Part shown: positions 36,920-47,046 of the stretch, piece by piece | How positions within the stretch are numbered: the stretch's first letter is position 1 | How the letters are laid out: every line of letters starts with the position of its first letter | Origin: an uncultured Gammaproteobacteria bacterium | GTDB taxonomy: Bacteria; Patescibacteriota; Patescibacteriia; Magasanikbacterales; GWA2-37-8 | Length of the DNA stretch: 64,000 nucleotides | Assembly (NCBI GenBank): GCA_964355175.1 | Contig: CAYHBZ010000001.1 | Location: forward strand, 174,335 to 238,334 | Reading direction: 5' to 3' | Notes under the pieces: generated by a model | The model's database searches: none | What the model saw: the letters and a program-made list of their open reading frames with translations, nothing else | Told to the model about the DNA's origin: nothing | Translations under genes and position numbers: made by a program

Positions 36920-38008
36920 TTAAAAATCGATCACGGTTTGTTCTCCCAAAATTAAACGATGCGTGCCATCGTTATTTTTTTTGGCTATGCGTACATTTCC
37001 ACCGATGATACTTTCTTTAATATTTAGATCACAATCAAAATGACAATTGGATAAAATGATAGAATTAGCGACAATCGCCCCTTTTATTAAACTACCGGAT
37101 CCAATAGTAGTATGCGGACCAATGACGCAATTTTCCAAAATACAATTTTCTCCTATAATTACCGGCCCACTAATTTTTACATCACTAGAGATAGTTGTGC
37201 CTACACCCACCTTTACCTTGCCGTTTAGCTGAGCACCATCTTTGATATCTCCAAAATTTTTAAACTCAGATTCTGGCATTTCGTCCAGTAGCAAACGATT
37301 GGCAATTATCAAGTCTACGGCCGCCCCAGTATCTTTCCACCAACCGGTGATTTCTTTATGACCAACTCTATAATTATTTTTGAGGAAATAAGAATGGATA
37401 TCAGAAATCTCATATTCGCCGCGCGCACTCTTTTTTATTTTAGAAAAACCATCAAAAAATACTTTTGGCCCATAAAAATAAATACCGGTTTGAGCAAAAT
37501 TATTCGGCGGATTGGTTGGCTTTTCAAGCATGTCTATCAATTTGCCGCTATCGTCAAAGACCGGCACACCAAAACGCTCTGGGTCTGGCACTTTGGCAAA
37601 GGCCAACATACAATCATAATTATTATCATGGAATTCTTTCATCAGATCACCCAGATCGGCCAACACTACATTATCAGACAGATAAAACATAAAAGGGTCG
37701 TCACCTATAAATCTTTCAGCTTCTTTCACCACATGAGCGATGCCCTGAGGACCACCGGTTTGTTCAAAATATTTAATCTTTATACCCCAATGTCCACCAT
37801 CACCAATATGATTAGGCAAATCATCTTCACCCGGATTGGTGTTGATAAAAATCTCTTCAATGCCGGCGTCTACCGCTTTTTGGATAGCATGAAAAATCAT
37901 TGGCTTATTGGCCAACGGGATCAGATGTTTGTTCATGGTAGAAGTCACCGGGCGCAATCTGGTAGCTCGTCCTCCGCCGGTTAAAATGGCTTTTCTAATT
38001 TTTTTCAT
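36920..38008 (-). CDS. Sugar-1-phosphate nucleotidyltransferase (RmlA-like, long form with C-terminal left-handed beta-helix)
   Basis: ILTGGGRATRLRPVT nucleotidyltransferase signature, followed by hexapeptide repeats in the C-terminus. Confidence 0.8.
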   Translation of the reverse strand: MKKIRKAILTGGGRATRLRPVTSTMNKHLIPLANKPMIFHAIQKAVDAGIEEIFINTNPGEDDLPNHIGDGGHWGIKIKYFEQTGGPQGIAHVVKEAERFIGDDPFMFYLSDNVVLADLGDLMKEFHDNNYDCMLAFAKVPDPERFGVPVFDDSGKLIDMLEKPTNPPNNFAQTGIYFYGPKVFFDGFSKIKKSARGEYEISDIHSYFLKNNYRVGHKEITGWWKDTGAAVDLIIANRLLLDEMPESEFKNFGDIKDGAQLNGKVKVGVGTTISSDVKISGPVIIGENCILENCVIGPHTTIGSGSLIKGAIVANSIILSNCHFDCDLNIKESIIGGNVRIAKKNNDGTHRLILGEQTVIDF

Positions 38009-38026
38009 AATTTCTAAGTCTGAAAA

Positions 38027-39124
38027 CTACCACACTATCAATTTTTTTACAACCTTCCAATAAACATTCATCAACGGATTGGCCACTTGGTCAAGTATAG
38101 GATTCTTGATACTTTTTTCATCAAAGACGACTGCCCCTACAAAAGTTTTCATCATCTCCCTATCAGTTATCTTGCGAATACTCTGCACATAAGCGCGTTT
38201 TTTCAACCACAGTTTCCAACTGTCGGCTTTGAGCCAATAAGCATAGCTTTTTAATTTTTCTACCAACCAGCCTTGTTTAAGAGAGAACAACAGCAAACCA
38301 GCTTCAAATATCAAAGCCATCGGCAACAACACCAACAAAGTAGGCCATTTAAAAAACATCAACATTACACCCAAACGATTGCGTTCAATATAATAAAATT
38401 TTTCCTGATTACGACTAAAAGAATACTTGTGATAAAAAAGAGAGTCGCTGGCTACCATAATTTTATAGCCGGCAATTTTTAAACGAAAACAATATTCAAT
38501 ATCTTCGTGGTATAAAAAGAAATCATTGTCCCAAAGTCCGTACTGGCGCAACAAATCAGCCCGCATCAATACCGCGGCGCCACTAGCATAAGATGTTTCG
38601 TATAATTTGGCAAAATTTAAATTAGCAGCTTTAACGCGCAGATTATTACAAAAACCAATACCCAAATAATGAAAAGAATTACCGGAACTGTTTATCAAAT
38701 CTGTTTCTGGATACAGCATCATAAACGATTGGGTCGCGCCGATGGTTTTGTCCTGCTCCATAGCGTCTAACAAAGGCTCCAAGAAATTTGCGGCTACAAA
38801 ACCATCATTATTATGAAAATAAACATAATCAAATCCATTATCTAGCGCCCACTGAATACCAACATTGTTACCACCGGCAAAACCTAGATTGGAGGTTTGA
38901 GGCAAAAGAGTAATGTGCGGTAGATCATTGCCAGAAAGCGGCAAGACCATTTCAGAGAGATGACGCATTGAGGATCCATATTTTGGATGCGGATTATCTA
39001 CCACCACAAATTCTACCTTATCTTTTGGGTAGGTCATTTTTTTCAAAGCGGAAACTACATCATCAATATAAGGCTCACAATGAAAAGACAGATAAACGAT
39101 AGCAACTTTTGGAAAATTTTGCAT
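38027..39124 (-). CDS. GT2-family glycosyltransferase
   Basis: VVVDNPH, NLGFAGGNNVG, HEDIEYCFR motifs. Confidence 0.8.
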   Translation of the reverse strand: MQNFPKVAIVYLSFHCEPYIDDVVSALKKMTYPKDKVEFVVVDNPHPKYGSSMRHLSEMVLPLSGNDLPHITLLPQTSNLGFAGGNNVGIQWALDNGFDYVYFHNNDGFVAANFLEPLLDAMEQDKTIGATQSFMMLYPETDLINSSGNSFHYLGIGFCNNLRVKAANLNFAKLYETSYASGAAVLMRADLLRQYGLWDNDFFLYHEDIEYCFRLKIAGYKIMVASDSLFYHKYSFSRNQEKFYYIERNRLGVMLMFFKWPTLLVLLPMALIFEAGLLLFSLKQGWLVEKLKSYAYWLKADSWKLWLKKRAYVQSIRKITDREMMKTFVGAVVFDEKSIKNPILDQVANPLMNVYWKVVKKLIVW

Positions 39125-39125
39125 A

Positions 39126-39968
39126 CTATACGGAATAATATTTATTATTGCCTTTCCACTTCCACAAATATTTAAGCCAGCTTACGAAATGAATGCGAGC
39201 TAATTTATTTTTGAAAAATGCTCTAAAAGCACCCGGCACTTGCGCGGACGCGCGCGCATGCATATGCATAATTACTATATCATGAACATAATATACCGGC
39301 CAATTGGCCTCCCACATTCGACGACACCAGTCAGCATCTTCCAAATACATAAAATAACGATCATCAAACCAACCAACTTCGTCTACCACTTCCTGGCGTA
39401 CCACCATGGCGGCGCCAAGCACCCAATCCACCGGTCTGGTTTCGTTGTGATCAAAATCTTTCATCTCCAACTTATCGGCATGTTTTTTTACCCACGAATA
39501 TTTTTTATCAAAATTAATTTGTTTGAGCGGCTTGATAAGAATAGATGGTAAATCAAAACGGTAACAAGAATATTGCAGAGTGCCGTCCATGTTTAAAAGC
39601 TTCGGACCAATACAACCGATCTTTGGATGTTCATCCATGAATTTTATTATTCTTTCTACTACTTTGGAATTTTCTGGAATTATAGTATCGCGATTGATAG
39701 CGAAATAATAACGAGCAGGCGTTGCTTTGAATCCGATAGTGTTGCCGGCACCAAATCCAATATTACCACCACAATCGATATATTTTACTTTATCACCAAA
39801 TTTTTCACCGAGAGCTTCTTTGATCTTATCTTTATTTTCGGAATTATCCGCCACCGTGACTTGAATATCATACTGACAGCTGGCAATATCTTTAAAAACC
39901 GAATCAGCGGCACGAATGATATCGTCCTTCATTAAAAAATTTAGAAATACTATATTGATGTCTTTCAT
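39126..39968 (-). CDS. GT2-family glycosyltransferase
   Basis: VADNSENKD, NIGFGAGN, YLEDADWCRR motifs. Confidence 0.75.
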   Translation of the reverse strand: MKDINIVFLNFLMKDDIIRAADSVFKDIASCQYDIQVTVADNSENKDKIKEALGEKFGDKVKYIDCGGNIGFGAGNTIGFKATPARYYFAINRDTIIPENSKVVERIIKFMDEHPKIGCIGPKLLNMDGTLQYSCYRFDLPSILIKPLKQINFDKKYSWVKKHADKLEMKDFDHNETRPVDWVLGAAMVVRQEVVDEVGWFDDRYFMYLEDADWCRRMWEANWPVYYVHDIVIMHMHARASAQVPGAFRAFFKNKLARIHFVSWLKYLWKWKGNNKYYSV

Positions 39969-39969
39969 A

Positions 39970-41022
39970 TTAGTTCCACCATTTTCTTAAATATTGCCAA
40001 CCAACCTTTTTTATTTTATTTATCTGCTCGCGTTTATTTTTTAGATCCGCCCTCCCCTGCCAGACTTCTTTTAGACCAGATAAAACTTTGCGATCAAAGA
40101 GAGAAAAATAAATAAACTTCTTTAATTCATACCACAAAATCCAAGGAAAATCAAGGATGAGGTTCTGCCAGTATTCATTTTTATACAGTGTACGAATGTG
40201 ATTTTTGTAGCTGTGATACTGCACCCAAGGAGACTGTTTTTTCTTATTTTCTGCGGCAGCAGTGTCGGCCATGTCTTTTGGACCAGCACCAGTACGGTCG
40301 TGATAAGCTACGGTATCAAGTAATATATAGGATTTAAAGCCTGCTTCCTGCAAACGATATGACAAGTCCACGTCTTCTTTATAAGCGTGATAGCTTTCAT
40401 CCAAGAATTGTTTACCGTCAAAAGCAACCTGATCAATAATACTACGACGAAACATAGGGAAAGCACCAGAAGCTCCAAAAACCTCAAGACTGTCATTCCC
40501 GTGAAAACGAGAATCCATTTTTATTTCATTCCAATCATACTGAGTATATTGTTCTATGACTCGGCGATTACGAAATATTTTTAAACCAAGTGCGTCGATC
40601 TGATTACCAAGACTAGACTGCAAGCCCTCAGCGGCCACTTTTGGAAAATCCCATTTCATCAGACGTGGTGACACTGCCCCCACTTCCTTATGACCATCCA
40701 AAAAATTTACCATATTCTCTAGGCAATCGGGTTGGAGATACATATCCTGATTGAGCAGTAAAAAATACTCACTATCCGTATCGCGATATACTTGATTGTG
40801 CCCGCCGGCAAAACCTTCATTTTTTGAATTAATTACCAATTTATGCGGTACAACAAAATTTTCCAATTCTTTTTTTATGAGCTCTGCTGTATTATCTTTG
40901 GAATCATTATCAACAATATATAAAAACCAATCTTTACAGGTTTGTTTGCGTAAAGATTCAAATAAATATGGAATATATTTTCCGCCGTTCCAGGCGACCA
41001 GATGCACGGATAGTTTCTGCAT
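39970..41022 (-). CDS. GT2-family glycosyltransferase
   Basis: IVDNDSKDNT, NEGFAGGHN, YKEDVDLSYR motifs. Confidence 0.8.
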   Translation of the reverse strand: MQKLSVHLVAWNGGKYIPYLFESLRKQTCKDWFLYIVDNDSKDNTAELIKKELENFVVPHKLVINSKNEGFAGGHNQVYRDTDSEYFLLLNQDMYLQPDCLENMVNFLDGHKEVGAVSPRLMKWDFPKVAAEGLQSSLGNQIDALGLKIFRNRRVIEQYTQYDWNEIKMDSRFHGNDSLEVFGASGAFPMFRRSIIDQVAFDGKQFLDESYHAYKEDVDLSYRLQEAGFKSYILLDTVAYHDRTGAGPKDMADTAAAENKKKQSPWVQYHSYKNHIRTLYKNEYWQNLILDFPWILWYELKKFIYFSLFDRKVLSGLKEVWQGRADLKNKREQINKIKKVGWQYLRKWWN

Positions 41023-41023
41023 A

Positions 41024-41875
41024 TTATTTATTTATTTTATCATTTACCCAAGCCATCGCGATACCAACTGGACGAAAAATAGCAATCCAAATCCAGGTAT
41101 AAAGCGGTGTCCATTTTTGAAAATATGTAAGCATACTTTTGGTAAAATTTTTCTGTTTCCAAAGCGTGGTACGCTGTTTAAAGCTTTGACCAATATAATC
41201 CACACAGGAAATTATTGGAGTATGCACTACTTTATATCCAAGTCGTTGTACTTCCCGACAAGTGTCCACATCTTCAAACCAAATAAAGTATCTAGGATCA
41301 AAGGCAAAACCTAATTTTTCAAAAACTTCACGACGCATAATCATAAATGATCCGCGAATTGAATCTACTTCCTGTTCTTTATTAGCATCAAAACCTTTGA
41401 ACATATACCTGTTCAAAATATTTGGAAATAGATGTGGTAATTTCAAAATAATTGCCAATTGATCAAATAATTCCGGAAAACGACGGGGTTGAGCATCGGC
41501 GTTTAATATACCTTTTTCATCTACGAGCTTACAGCTGGCCAAACCCACATCTACGTGGACGCGCATCCATTCTACCATTTTATCTAGACTCTCCGCCTGC
41601 ACGCGCATATCCGGATTTAAAAACAATAAAAATTCACCGGTACTAATTTTGGCCGCCATATTATTGGGCGCGCCAAATCCTAAATTTTGTTTATTATCTA
41701 TTAATTTTACCCAAGGATATTTTTCTCTCACTATTTTTACCGTTTCATCATTCGAACCATTATCCACCACAATTTCTTCAAACGAAATATTTTGACAGCC
41801 TCTTTTAACGGAGTCAATTTGTTCGCCAATAAGTTTGGCGGAATTCCAGGTAACAGTAATAACGGATAAGTTCAT
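41024..41875 (-). CDS. GT2-family glycosyltransferase
   Basis: VVDNGSNDET, NLGFGAPNN, FEDVDTCRE motifs. Confidence 0.8.
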   Translation of the reverse strand: MNLSVITVTWNSAKLIGEQIDSVKRGCQNISFEEIVVDNGSNDETVKIVREKYPWVKLIDNKQNLGFGAPNNMAAKISTGEFLLFLNPDMRVQAESLDKMVEWMRVHVDVGLASCKLVDEKGILNADAQPRRFPELFDQLAIILKLPHLFPNILNRYMFKGFDANKEQEVDSIRGSFMIMRREVFEKLGFAFDPRYFIWFEDVDTCREVQRLGYKVVHTPIISCVDYIGQSFKQRTTLWKQKNFTKSMLTYFQKWTPLYTWIWIAIFRPVGIAMAWVNDKINK

Positions 41876-41950
41876 AATTAAGATTTCTATGGTCGAGCCA
41901 AATAAATTTATTTATTTGCGAGGCCCGAAGTAATCGCAAGCGCGTAGCGC

Positions 41951-43021
41951 TTATTTTTTGAGTTGTTCCTTAAAAAAATCCACAAATGGAATAGCGGTAG
42001 GGTCTATCCCCTGTAACAAAGCTCCATAGTAACTAACATAGCTCCCAAAAACCAAAAGTTCACAAGCTTGCGAGACTTTATCTTTTTCTTGTGCGCTGTA
42101 GGAAAAATATTTTATCTCATTTTTATCCAAAACTTTTTTGGTGATATCAAAGCGCTTTTGAATGCGAGTGTCGTATAGAGCGGATTCTACCAACACAAAC
42201 CCTAGACTATTTTTATTACTCTCTGGATAAAACATTCCTTCCATTAAATGGTGATTCAGCTCAGGGATAATAAAATATCCGGCAAAACGCTTGGCATTCT
42301 CATTGGTTTGGTTGGCGGCCGCATGCGCATTGCCAGCAAGATGTTCGGCGCCTATATACCAGACACTTTTATCAAATAAATTTTTGGCCATTTGTTTGGC
42401 TAAATTTTTATCTAGATTGGAAGTGCCAAATTCAGTATCATATTTTTTCAAAACCATCATGATATTTTTAACATCTTTTGGTAATAAATTTATTAATCCC
42501 GCTTTGGAAAATAAAATCATCTGACCTACTATGGAGTAGCCAAGACCCATGCGAGGAGAACCACAAGGATTATTGTTGGTAGAAAAAATTAGTCCTGGAA
42601 TTTTGGCAGCCACGGAAACTTTGGCCAGATCACCGCCAGAAGTAATTATCGCCAATTTTGCTTTTCTTTTTTGCGCTTCTTTCATAGCCAATATCGGCTC
42701 TTCGGTAGTGCCGGAATAACTGGAAATAACAACAAGGCTATCTTTACTTACATATTCTGGCACATGATAACCATTTATAATTTCAAGAGGTGCCTTTAAT
42801 TTATTAAAATAAACCGATTTCAAAATGTGCGCGCCCAAAGTAGAGCCGCCCATACCAAGCACCACAATATTTTTTACCTTTTTATAATTAGAGGGAATTT
42901 TTAAATTTTTAGCGCACCCAAAAACTTCTTCCACCTGCGCGGATAACAACTCCAAACTGCCAAGCATGCTTTTGGAATCCAACTTTTTTATCTCATCAAT
43001 ATTATTTAAAATATCTTGCAT
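41951..43021 (-). CDS. Bifunctional phosphoglucose/phosphomannose isomerase (SIS-domain)
   Basis: Two SIS subdomains (VVLGMGGSTLGAHI, ISSYSGTTEEP), PGI/PMI-family size. Confidence 0.7.
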   Translation of the reverse strand: MQDILNNIDEIKKLDSKSMLGSLELLSAQVEEVFGCAKNLKIPSNYKKVKNIVVLGMGGSTLGAHILKSVYFNKLKAPLEIINGYHVPEYVSKDSLVVISSYSGTTEEPILAMKEAQKRKAKLAIITSGGDLAKVSVAAKIPGLIFSTNNNPCGSPRMGLGYSIVGQMILFSKAGLINLLPKDVKNIMMVLKKYDTEFGTSNLDKNLAKQMAKNLFDKSVWYIGAEHLAGNAHAAANQTNENAKRFAGYFIIPELNHHLMEGMFYPESNKNSLGFVLVESALYDTRIQKRFDITKKVLDKNEIKYFSYSAQEKDKVSQACELLVFGSYVSYYGALLQGIDPTAIPFVDFFKEQLKK

Positions 43022-43025
43022 AATT

Positions 43026-43883
43026 TTAACTTAAATATTCTTTTAAAGCCTCTTCCCAACTTCTTTGTTTTGGTAATTTAGTATTCAATAACTCCGAATA
43101 CATCGGACGCTTAGCGGGGCGAGGAAACTTTTCACCCGATACCGGAGTGGTATCAATATTAATATTTTTTATTTTGAAAATTTCTTTGGCCCATTCGTAC
43201 CAGCTACATACGCCGCTATTGCTACCGTGATATATTCCAAATGGTTTTTGATCAGCAATAATACTGCGGGTTAGTTTGGCCAAATCAGGTGCATAGGTAA
43301 TACACCCAACTTCTTCATCCACCAAATCCAAGTGTGTTTTTCCACCTTCAGTAGCGAGCCAAATCATAGTATCTACAAAACTTTTTTTAGCCCCAACACT
43401 AGCGGCTGGTTTGCCAAATAATTTGGACAAGCGAATGATATAAAACTTTCCCCCAATATTTAAAAGTTGATTCTCCCCTACGGCTTTAGTTTCTCCATAT
43501 TTATTTATCGGATCAAGTTTGTCATCTTCTTTATAGCCATCACGACTATCGCCTTTAAAAACATAATCCGAAGAATAATGAACAAAAGTAATATTATTTT
43601 CTTTACAAATTCTAGTCAAATTTCCTACGGCTTCACCATTAATATTTTTAGCCAGTTCAAAAATATTAGAATCTTCTTCAATCTTATCCACCATATTATA
43701 CGCCACAGCGTTAATCAAAATATCCGGCATGACATTTTTTATTTTTTCTCGTGTGGCAGAAAAATCCGTAATATCCAAATCTTCTTTATCCCATCCAACA
43801 ACTTCAAAATTTTGTGCGCTAAATTCTCTGACCAATTCCTGTCCCAACATTCCTTTTGCTCCCAATATTAAAACTTTTTGCAT
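43026..43883 (-). CDS. rmlD: dTDP-4-dehydrorhamnose reductase
   Basis: ILGAKGMLG Rossmann start, YGETK catalytic YxxxK, and RmlD-like C-terminus. Confidence 0.85.
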   Translation of the reverse strand: MQKVLILGAKGMLGQELVREFSAQNFEVVGWDKEDLDITDFSATREKIKNVMPDILINAVAYNMVDKIEEDSNIFELAKNINGEAVGNLTRICKENNITFVHYSSDYVFKGDSRDGYKEDDKLDPINKYGETKAVGENQLLNIGGKFYIIRLSKLFGKPAASVGAKKSFVDTMIWLATEGGKTHLDLVDEEVGCITYAPDLAKLTRSIIADQKPFGIYHGSNSGVCSWYEWAKEIFKIKNINIDTTPVSGEKFPRPAKRPMYSELLNTKLPKQRSWEEALKEYLS

Positions 43884-44027
43884 AGAATATAACTAGGCCT
43901 ATTAGATATTAATTTTCGCCGCGAGAACTGTTTGAAGTGGCGAGAACCAAAATTGCTGTCTGCAGTGAGAATAATTCGCCACAAGTTTTCGAGCAAGAAA
44001 ATTCATATCTATGAGGCCGTAAACTAC

Positions 44028-44432
44028 TTAATTAGCAGAAATTAATTTTTGATATTCGTCATAATCAGTAAGATAATCACTACGATCCGGAGTATAATTA
44101 GTAGACGACAAAGCAAGTAACACGCCCTCTGACGAAACATCCTTAAACCCGTGCCACACGTGATCGCCCACATACATGGCATCACCAGCGGCCATAGAGA
44201 TCTCCTCTTTTCCGTTTCCACGATCAATCACGGCTATCATCGTGCCGCGCTGACAGATGAAAAATTCTATTTCTTTGTAGTGACAGTGCTGACCGGTTGG
44301 CACAGTAAAATCGGTGACATAATAAATACGCTTCACTTCAAAATCAATAAAATCTTTTAATTCTACTGGAGTCAAAGCCACACCCGTGTTGGTAAAAGTT
44401 TTAAATTTAAATTGTTCAAATTTTAAATTCAT
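44028..44432 (-). CDS. WxcM/FdtA-like cupin, putative dTDP-4-keto-6-deoxyhexose 3,4-ketoisomerase
   Basis: KRIYYVTD...GQHCHYK...FFICQRG matches the RxYYxxD...RGxHAHK pattern of the FdtA/QdtA/WxcM-C family. Start chosen at MNLKFE (44432); the longer ORF to 44636 runs into the GC-rich island. Confidence 0.6.
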   Translation of the reverse strand: MNLKFEQFKFKTFTNTGVALTPVELKDFIDFEVKRIYYVTDFTVPTGQHCHYKEIEFFICQRGTMIAVIDRGNGKEEISMAAGDAMYVGDHVWHGFKDVSSEGVLLALSSTNYTPDRSDYLTDYDEYQKLISAN

Positions 44433-44439
44433 ATAATAA

Positions 44440-44900
44440 AATATTTTTTTATAACGGAGGGGATTGGGCGTTTTGAACAGACGCCCAAACTGTATATCGC
44501 CGCTGTGATCAGCCGGCCCGACCGCGATTCTTTGCGGCAGCCTGGCGATCTTTTTTTCTCTGCTGGGCGGTACGGCGATCTTGTTGTCCGTCGTCATGAT
44601 TTGGCAATCTGAGATGGACAACATTGTCGTCTGCATCTTCTGCTGGTTTGTGCGCTGTATCTGAGGGTTTCACCTCTACAAAATGGGGGCTCAAGGAATA
44701 GAGCCCGCCATTGCTGAGACACAGCTCGCACTCTCCAGCAAAATCTACATTCCTACCATCGCCGTTTTCATCCTGAATCACCAGAGAACACCCACACACG
44801 ATCCGCATGCACACCTCGCAGAATTAAGGTCTACTAGCCATTTACTGTGAACTTCCACCCTCCTTTGAAAAAACCAACGACCCGGTCATTAATTTTTTCA
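44440..44900. other. GC-rich compositional island between rmlB and the cupin gene; contains a 101-aa Cys-containing minus-strand ORF (44509..44814) or a structured RNA
   Basis: GC content is clearly above the flanking genes. It holds hairpins (TTGGGCG-ttttgaacaga-CGCCCAA; ATCGCCG...CGGCGAT). The only ORF is MCMRIVCGCSLV...CELC...RRTAQQRKKDRQAAAKNRGRAG, with GC-rich codons unlike the host. Its nature is unresolved. Confidence 0.4.
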
Positions 44901-44918
44901 AAAGAGGATCAATTTTTA

Positions 44919-45932
44919 TTATTTAATATGATTATTAATATCATCTTTCTTGGCCCAAATTTTTTCCACCCAAGCGGTATTGTTCAAATACCAATCCACT
45001 GTTTCTTTTAGACCTTGCTCAAACTTGTCGGCAGAATATACCGGCTTCCAACCAAGATCAGTAATTTTGGTAGCATCGATGGCATAGCGACGATCATGGC
45101 CCGGACGATCCTGCACATATTCAATACTGCTTTCATCTTTGCCCATCATTTTGAGCAACATGTGAGTAATTTCCATATTACTGCGTTCATTATCGACACC
45201 AATATTATACACTCCCCCATTTTCACCTTTTTCCAAAAGTAAATCCAAGGCACGAGCATGGTCTTCCACATGAATCCAATCACGCACATACAATCCATCA
45301 CCATACATCGGCACTTTTTCACCTTTCATGAGTTTCATCACAAAAAATGGAATCAATTTTTCTGGGAATTGATAAGCACCGTAATTATTAGAACAATGAG
45401 TCACCACTACCGGCACTTTGTGTGTGACAAAATAAGCGTGACACATTAGATCACCACCGGCTTTGGCCGCGGCATATGGCATGTTTGGGTTTATTGGAGT
45501 ACTTTCAGAAAATTTATCCGGGCTGTCCAATCGCAGAGCGCCATACACTTCATCCGTAGAAACATTTACCATTTTCTGTAAATTATTAGCGCGCACCGCA
45601 TCCAGCAACATCTGCACGCCCAAAGTATTGGTCAACACAAAATCACGCAAACCGCCATGGATAGATTTGTCGACATGAGTTTCAGCAGCAAAATTTATCA
45701 AATGAGTGATCCCGAATTTTTTAATAGTTTCATTTATTTTTTCCAAATCAATAATATCCCCTTGCACAAAATGATATCTTGGATTATTTTCCAAATCACG
45801 CAAATTATCTAAATTGCCGGCGTAAGTGAGTTTATCAAAATTCACCACTTCCGCTTCCGGATGCGCTTTTAAATAATAATGGATAAAATTTGAACCAATA
45901 AATCCGGCTCCTCCACAGACTAGTAATTTCAT
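44919..45932 (-). CDS. rmlB: dTDP-glucose 4,6-dehydratase
   Basis: CGGAGFIGSNF, catalytic STDEVYG and YAAAK (YxxxK), RmlB-length extended SDR. Confidence 0.9.
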   Translation of the reverse strand: MKLLVCGGAGFIGSNFIHYYLKAHPEAEVVNFDKLTYAGNLDNLRDLENNPRYHFVQGDIIDLEKINETIKKFGITHLINFAAETHVDKSIHGGLRDFVLTNTLGVQMLLDAVRANNLQKMVNVSTDEVYGALRLDSPDKFSESTPINPNMPYAAAKAGGDLMCHAYFVTHKVPVVVTHCSNNYGAYQFPEKLIPFFVMKLMKGEKVPMYGDGLYVRDWIHVEDHARALDLLLEKGENGGVYNIGVDNERSNMEITHMLLKMMGKDESSIEYVQDRPGHDRRYAIDATKITDLGWKPVYSADKFEQGLKETVDWYLNNTAWVEKIWAKKDDINNHIK

Positions 45933-45944
45933 ATTTCTAAATTC

Positions 45945-47045
45945 TTAAATTTCTTTTTTACTAATATTTAAAATTAATCCTACGGCCGCTAATTCCGACA
46001 TCAGCGCCGAGCCACCCTGACTGACAAATGGTAATGGCACACCCGTAAGTGGCAGTACCCCTACTGTAGCTCCAATATTGAGAAACGACTGCCACGCTAT
46101 CCATACCACCAGACCAACCGTAAGCAACCTACCAAATTCATTATCTGCTTCCTTGGCAATTTTAAAACCGCGTAACACTATAAGCACCACTAGCACCACC
46201 ACTGCCGATGAAATCAAAAATCCGGTTTCTTCCGCTACCACCGCAAAAATAGAATCCGAATTTACTTCCGGCAAATATTGATATTTTTGTACCGACTGTC
46301 CCACCCCTCTACCCCAAAAACCACCGGAACCAATTGCCAAAAATGCCTGATTCACCTGATACCCAATCCCTTGCGGATCCAACTCCGGATGCATAAACAC
46401 AGTAAGACGCTGAAGACGATACGGTTTTAAAAATATCAAAAAGGCAAAAGTGACCAACGCCAATACTCCCAAAACAAATAAATATTTTTTGGGAACCTGG
46501 GCTTCAAACAACATGAACAACAAAATAACCAACATAATGGAAAGTGTGCCCACATCCGGTTGAACCAAAACCAAAAGTATAGCCGGACAAAGTAAAGTAA
46601 GAACCGGCAATAAACCCATCTGCCAATCATGCAAATTGCGCTTTTTATCCGTAAGCAAATAAGCGGCAAAAAAAATCAACGCAAATTTCGCTATTTCCGA
46701 GGGCTGAAAATTGAAACCAAAAACATTTATCCAACTGCGCGCGCCATTGATAGTGGCCCCTACTCCCGGTACAAACACCATGGCCAACAATAGCAATGAT
46801 CCAGCATATACCAGCCAACTAATTTTTCGCCATTTATTCAAATTAATATTCAAGAAAAAATAAAATAATACTAAACCAGGCAACAACCCGAACAAGATTT
46901 GACGCTTAACAAAAAAATAAGAGTCATGAAACTTATCATAACCCAAAGGCCCGCTAGCCGACAAAAGCGCCGCCAAACCAAAAACCGTAAAAATGACTAT
47001 ATAAATTAAAAAAACTTTATCAAATTTGGTTTGGGTGTTTTCCAT
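45945..47045 (-). CDS. SEDS-family peptidoglycan glycosyltransferase (FtsW/RodA)
   Basis: 10-TM protein with SEDS signatures (QPSEIAKFALIFFAAYLL, VPLPFVSQGGSALM). Confidence 0.85.
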   Translation of the reverse strand: MENTQTKFDKVFLIYIVIFTVFGLAALLSASGPLGYDKFHDSYFFVKRQILFGLLPGLVLFYFFLNINLNKWRKISWLVYAGSLLLLAMVFVPGVGATINGARSWINVFGFNFQPSEIAKFALIFFAAYLLTDKKRNLHDWQMGLLPVLTLLCPAILLVLVQPDVGTLSIMLVILLFMLFEAQVPKKYLFVLGVLALVTFAFLIFLKPYRLQRLTVFMHPELDPQGIGYQVNQAFLAIGSGGFWGRGVGQSVQKYQYLPEVNSDSIFAVVAEETGFLISSAVVVLVVLIVLRGFKIAKEADNEFGRLLTVGLVVWIAWQSFLNIGATVGVLPLTGVPLPFVSQGGSALMSELAAVGLILNISKKEI

Positions 47046-47046
47046 A

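Noticed and set aside
44028-44636. Long 202-aa version of the cupin gene
   Set aside because: The N-terminal 68 codons run into the GC-rich island with a different composition. The internal Met at 44432 gives a canonical ~135-aa FdtA/WxcM-size protein.
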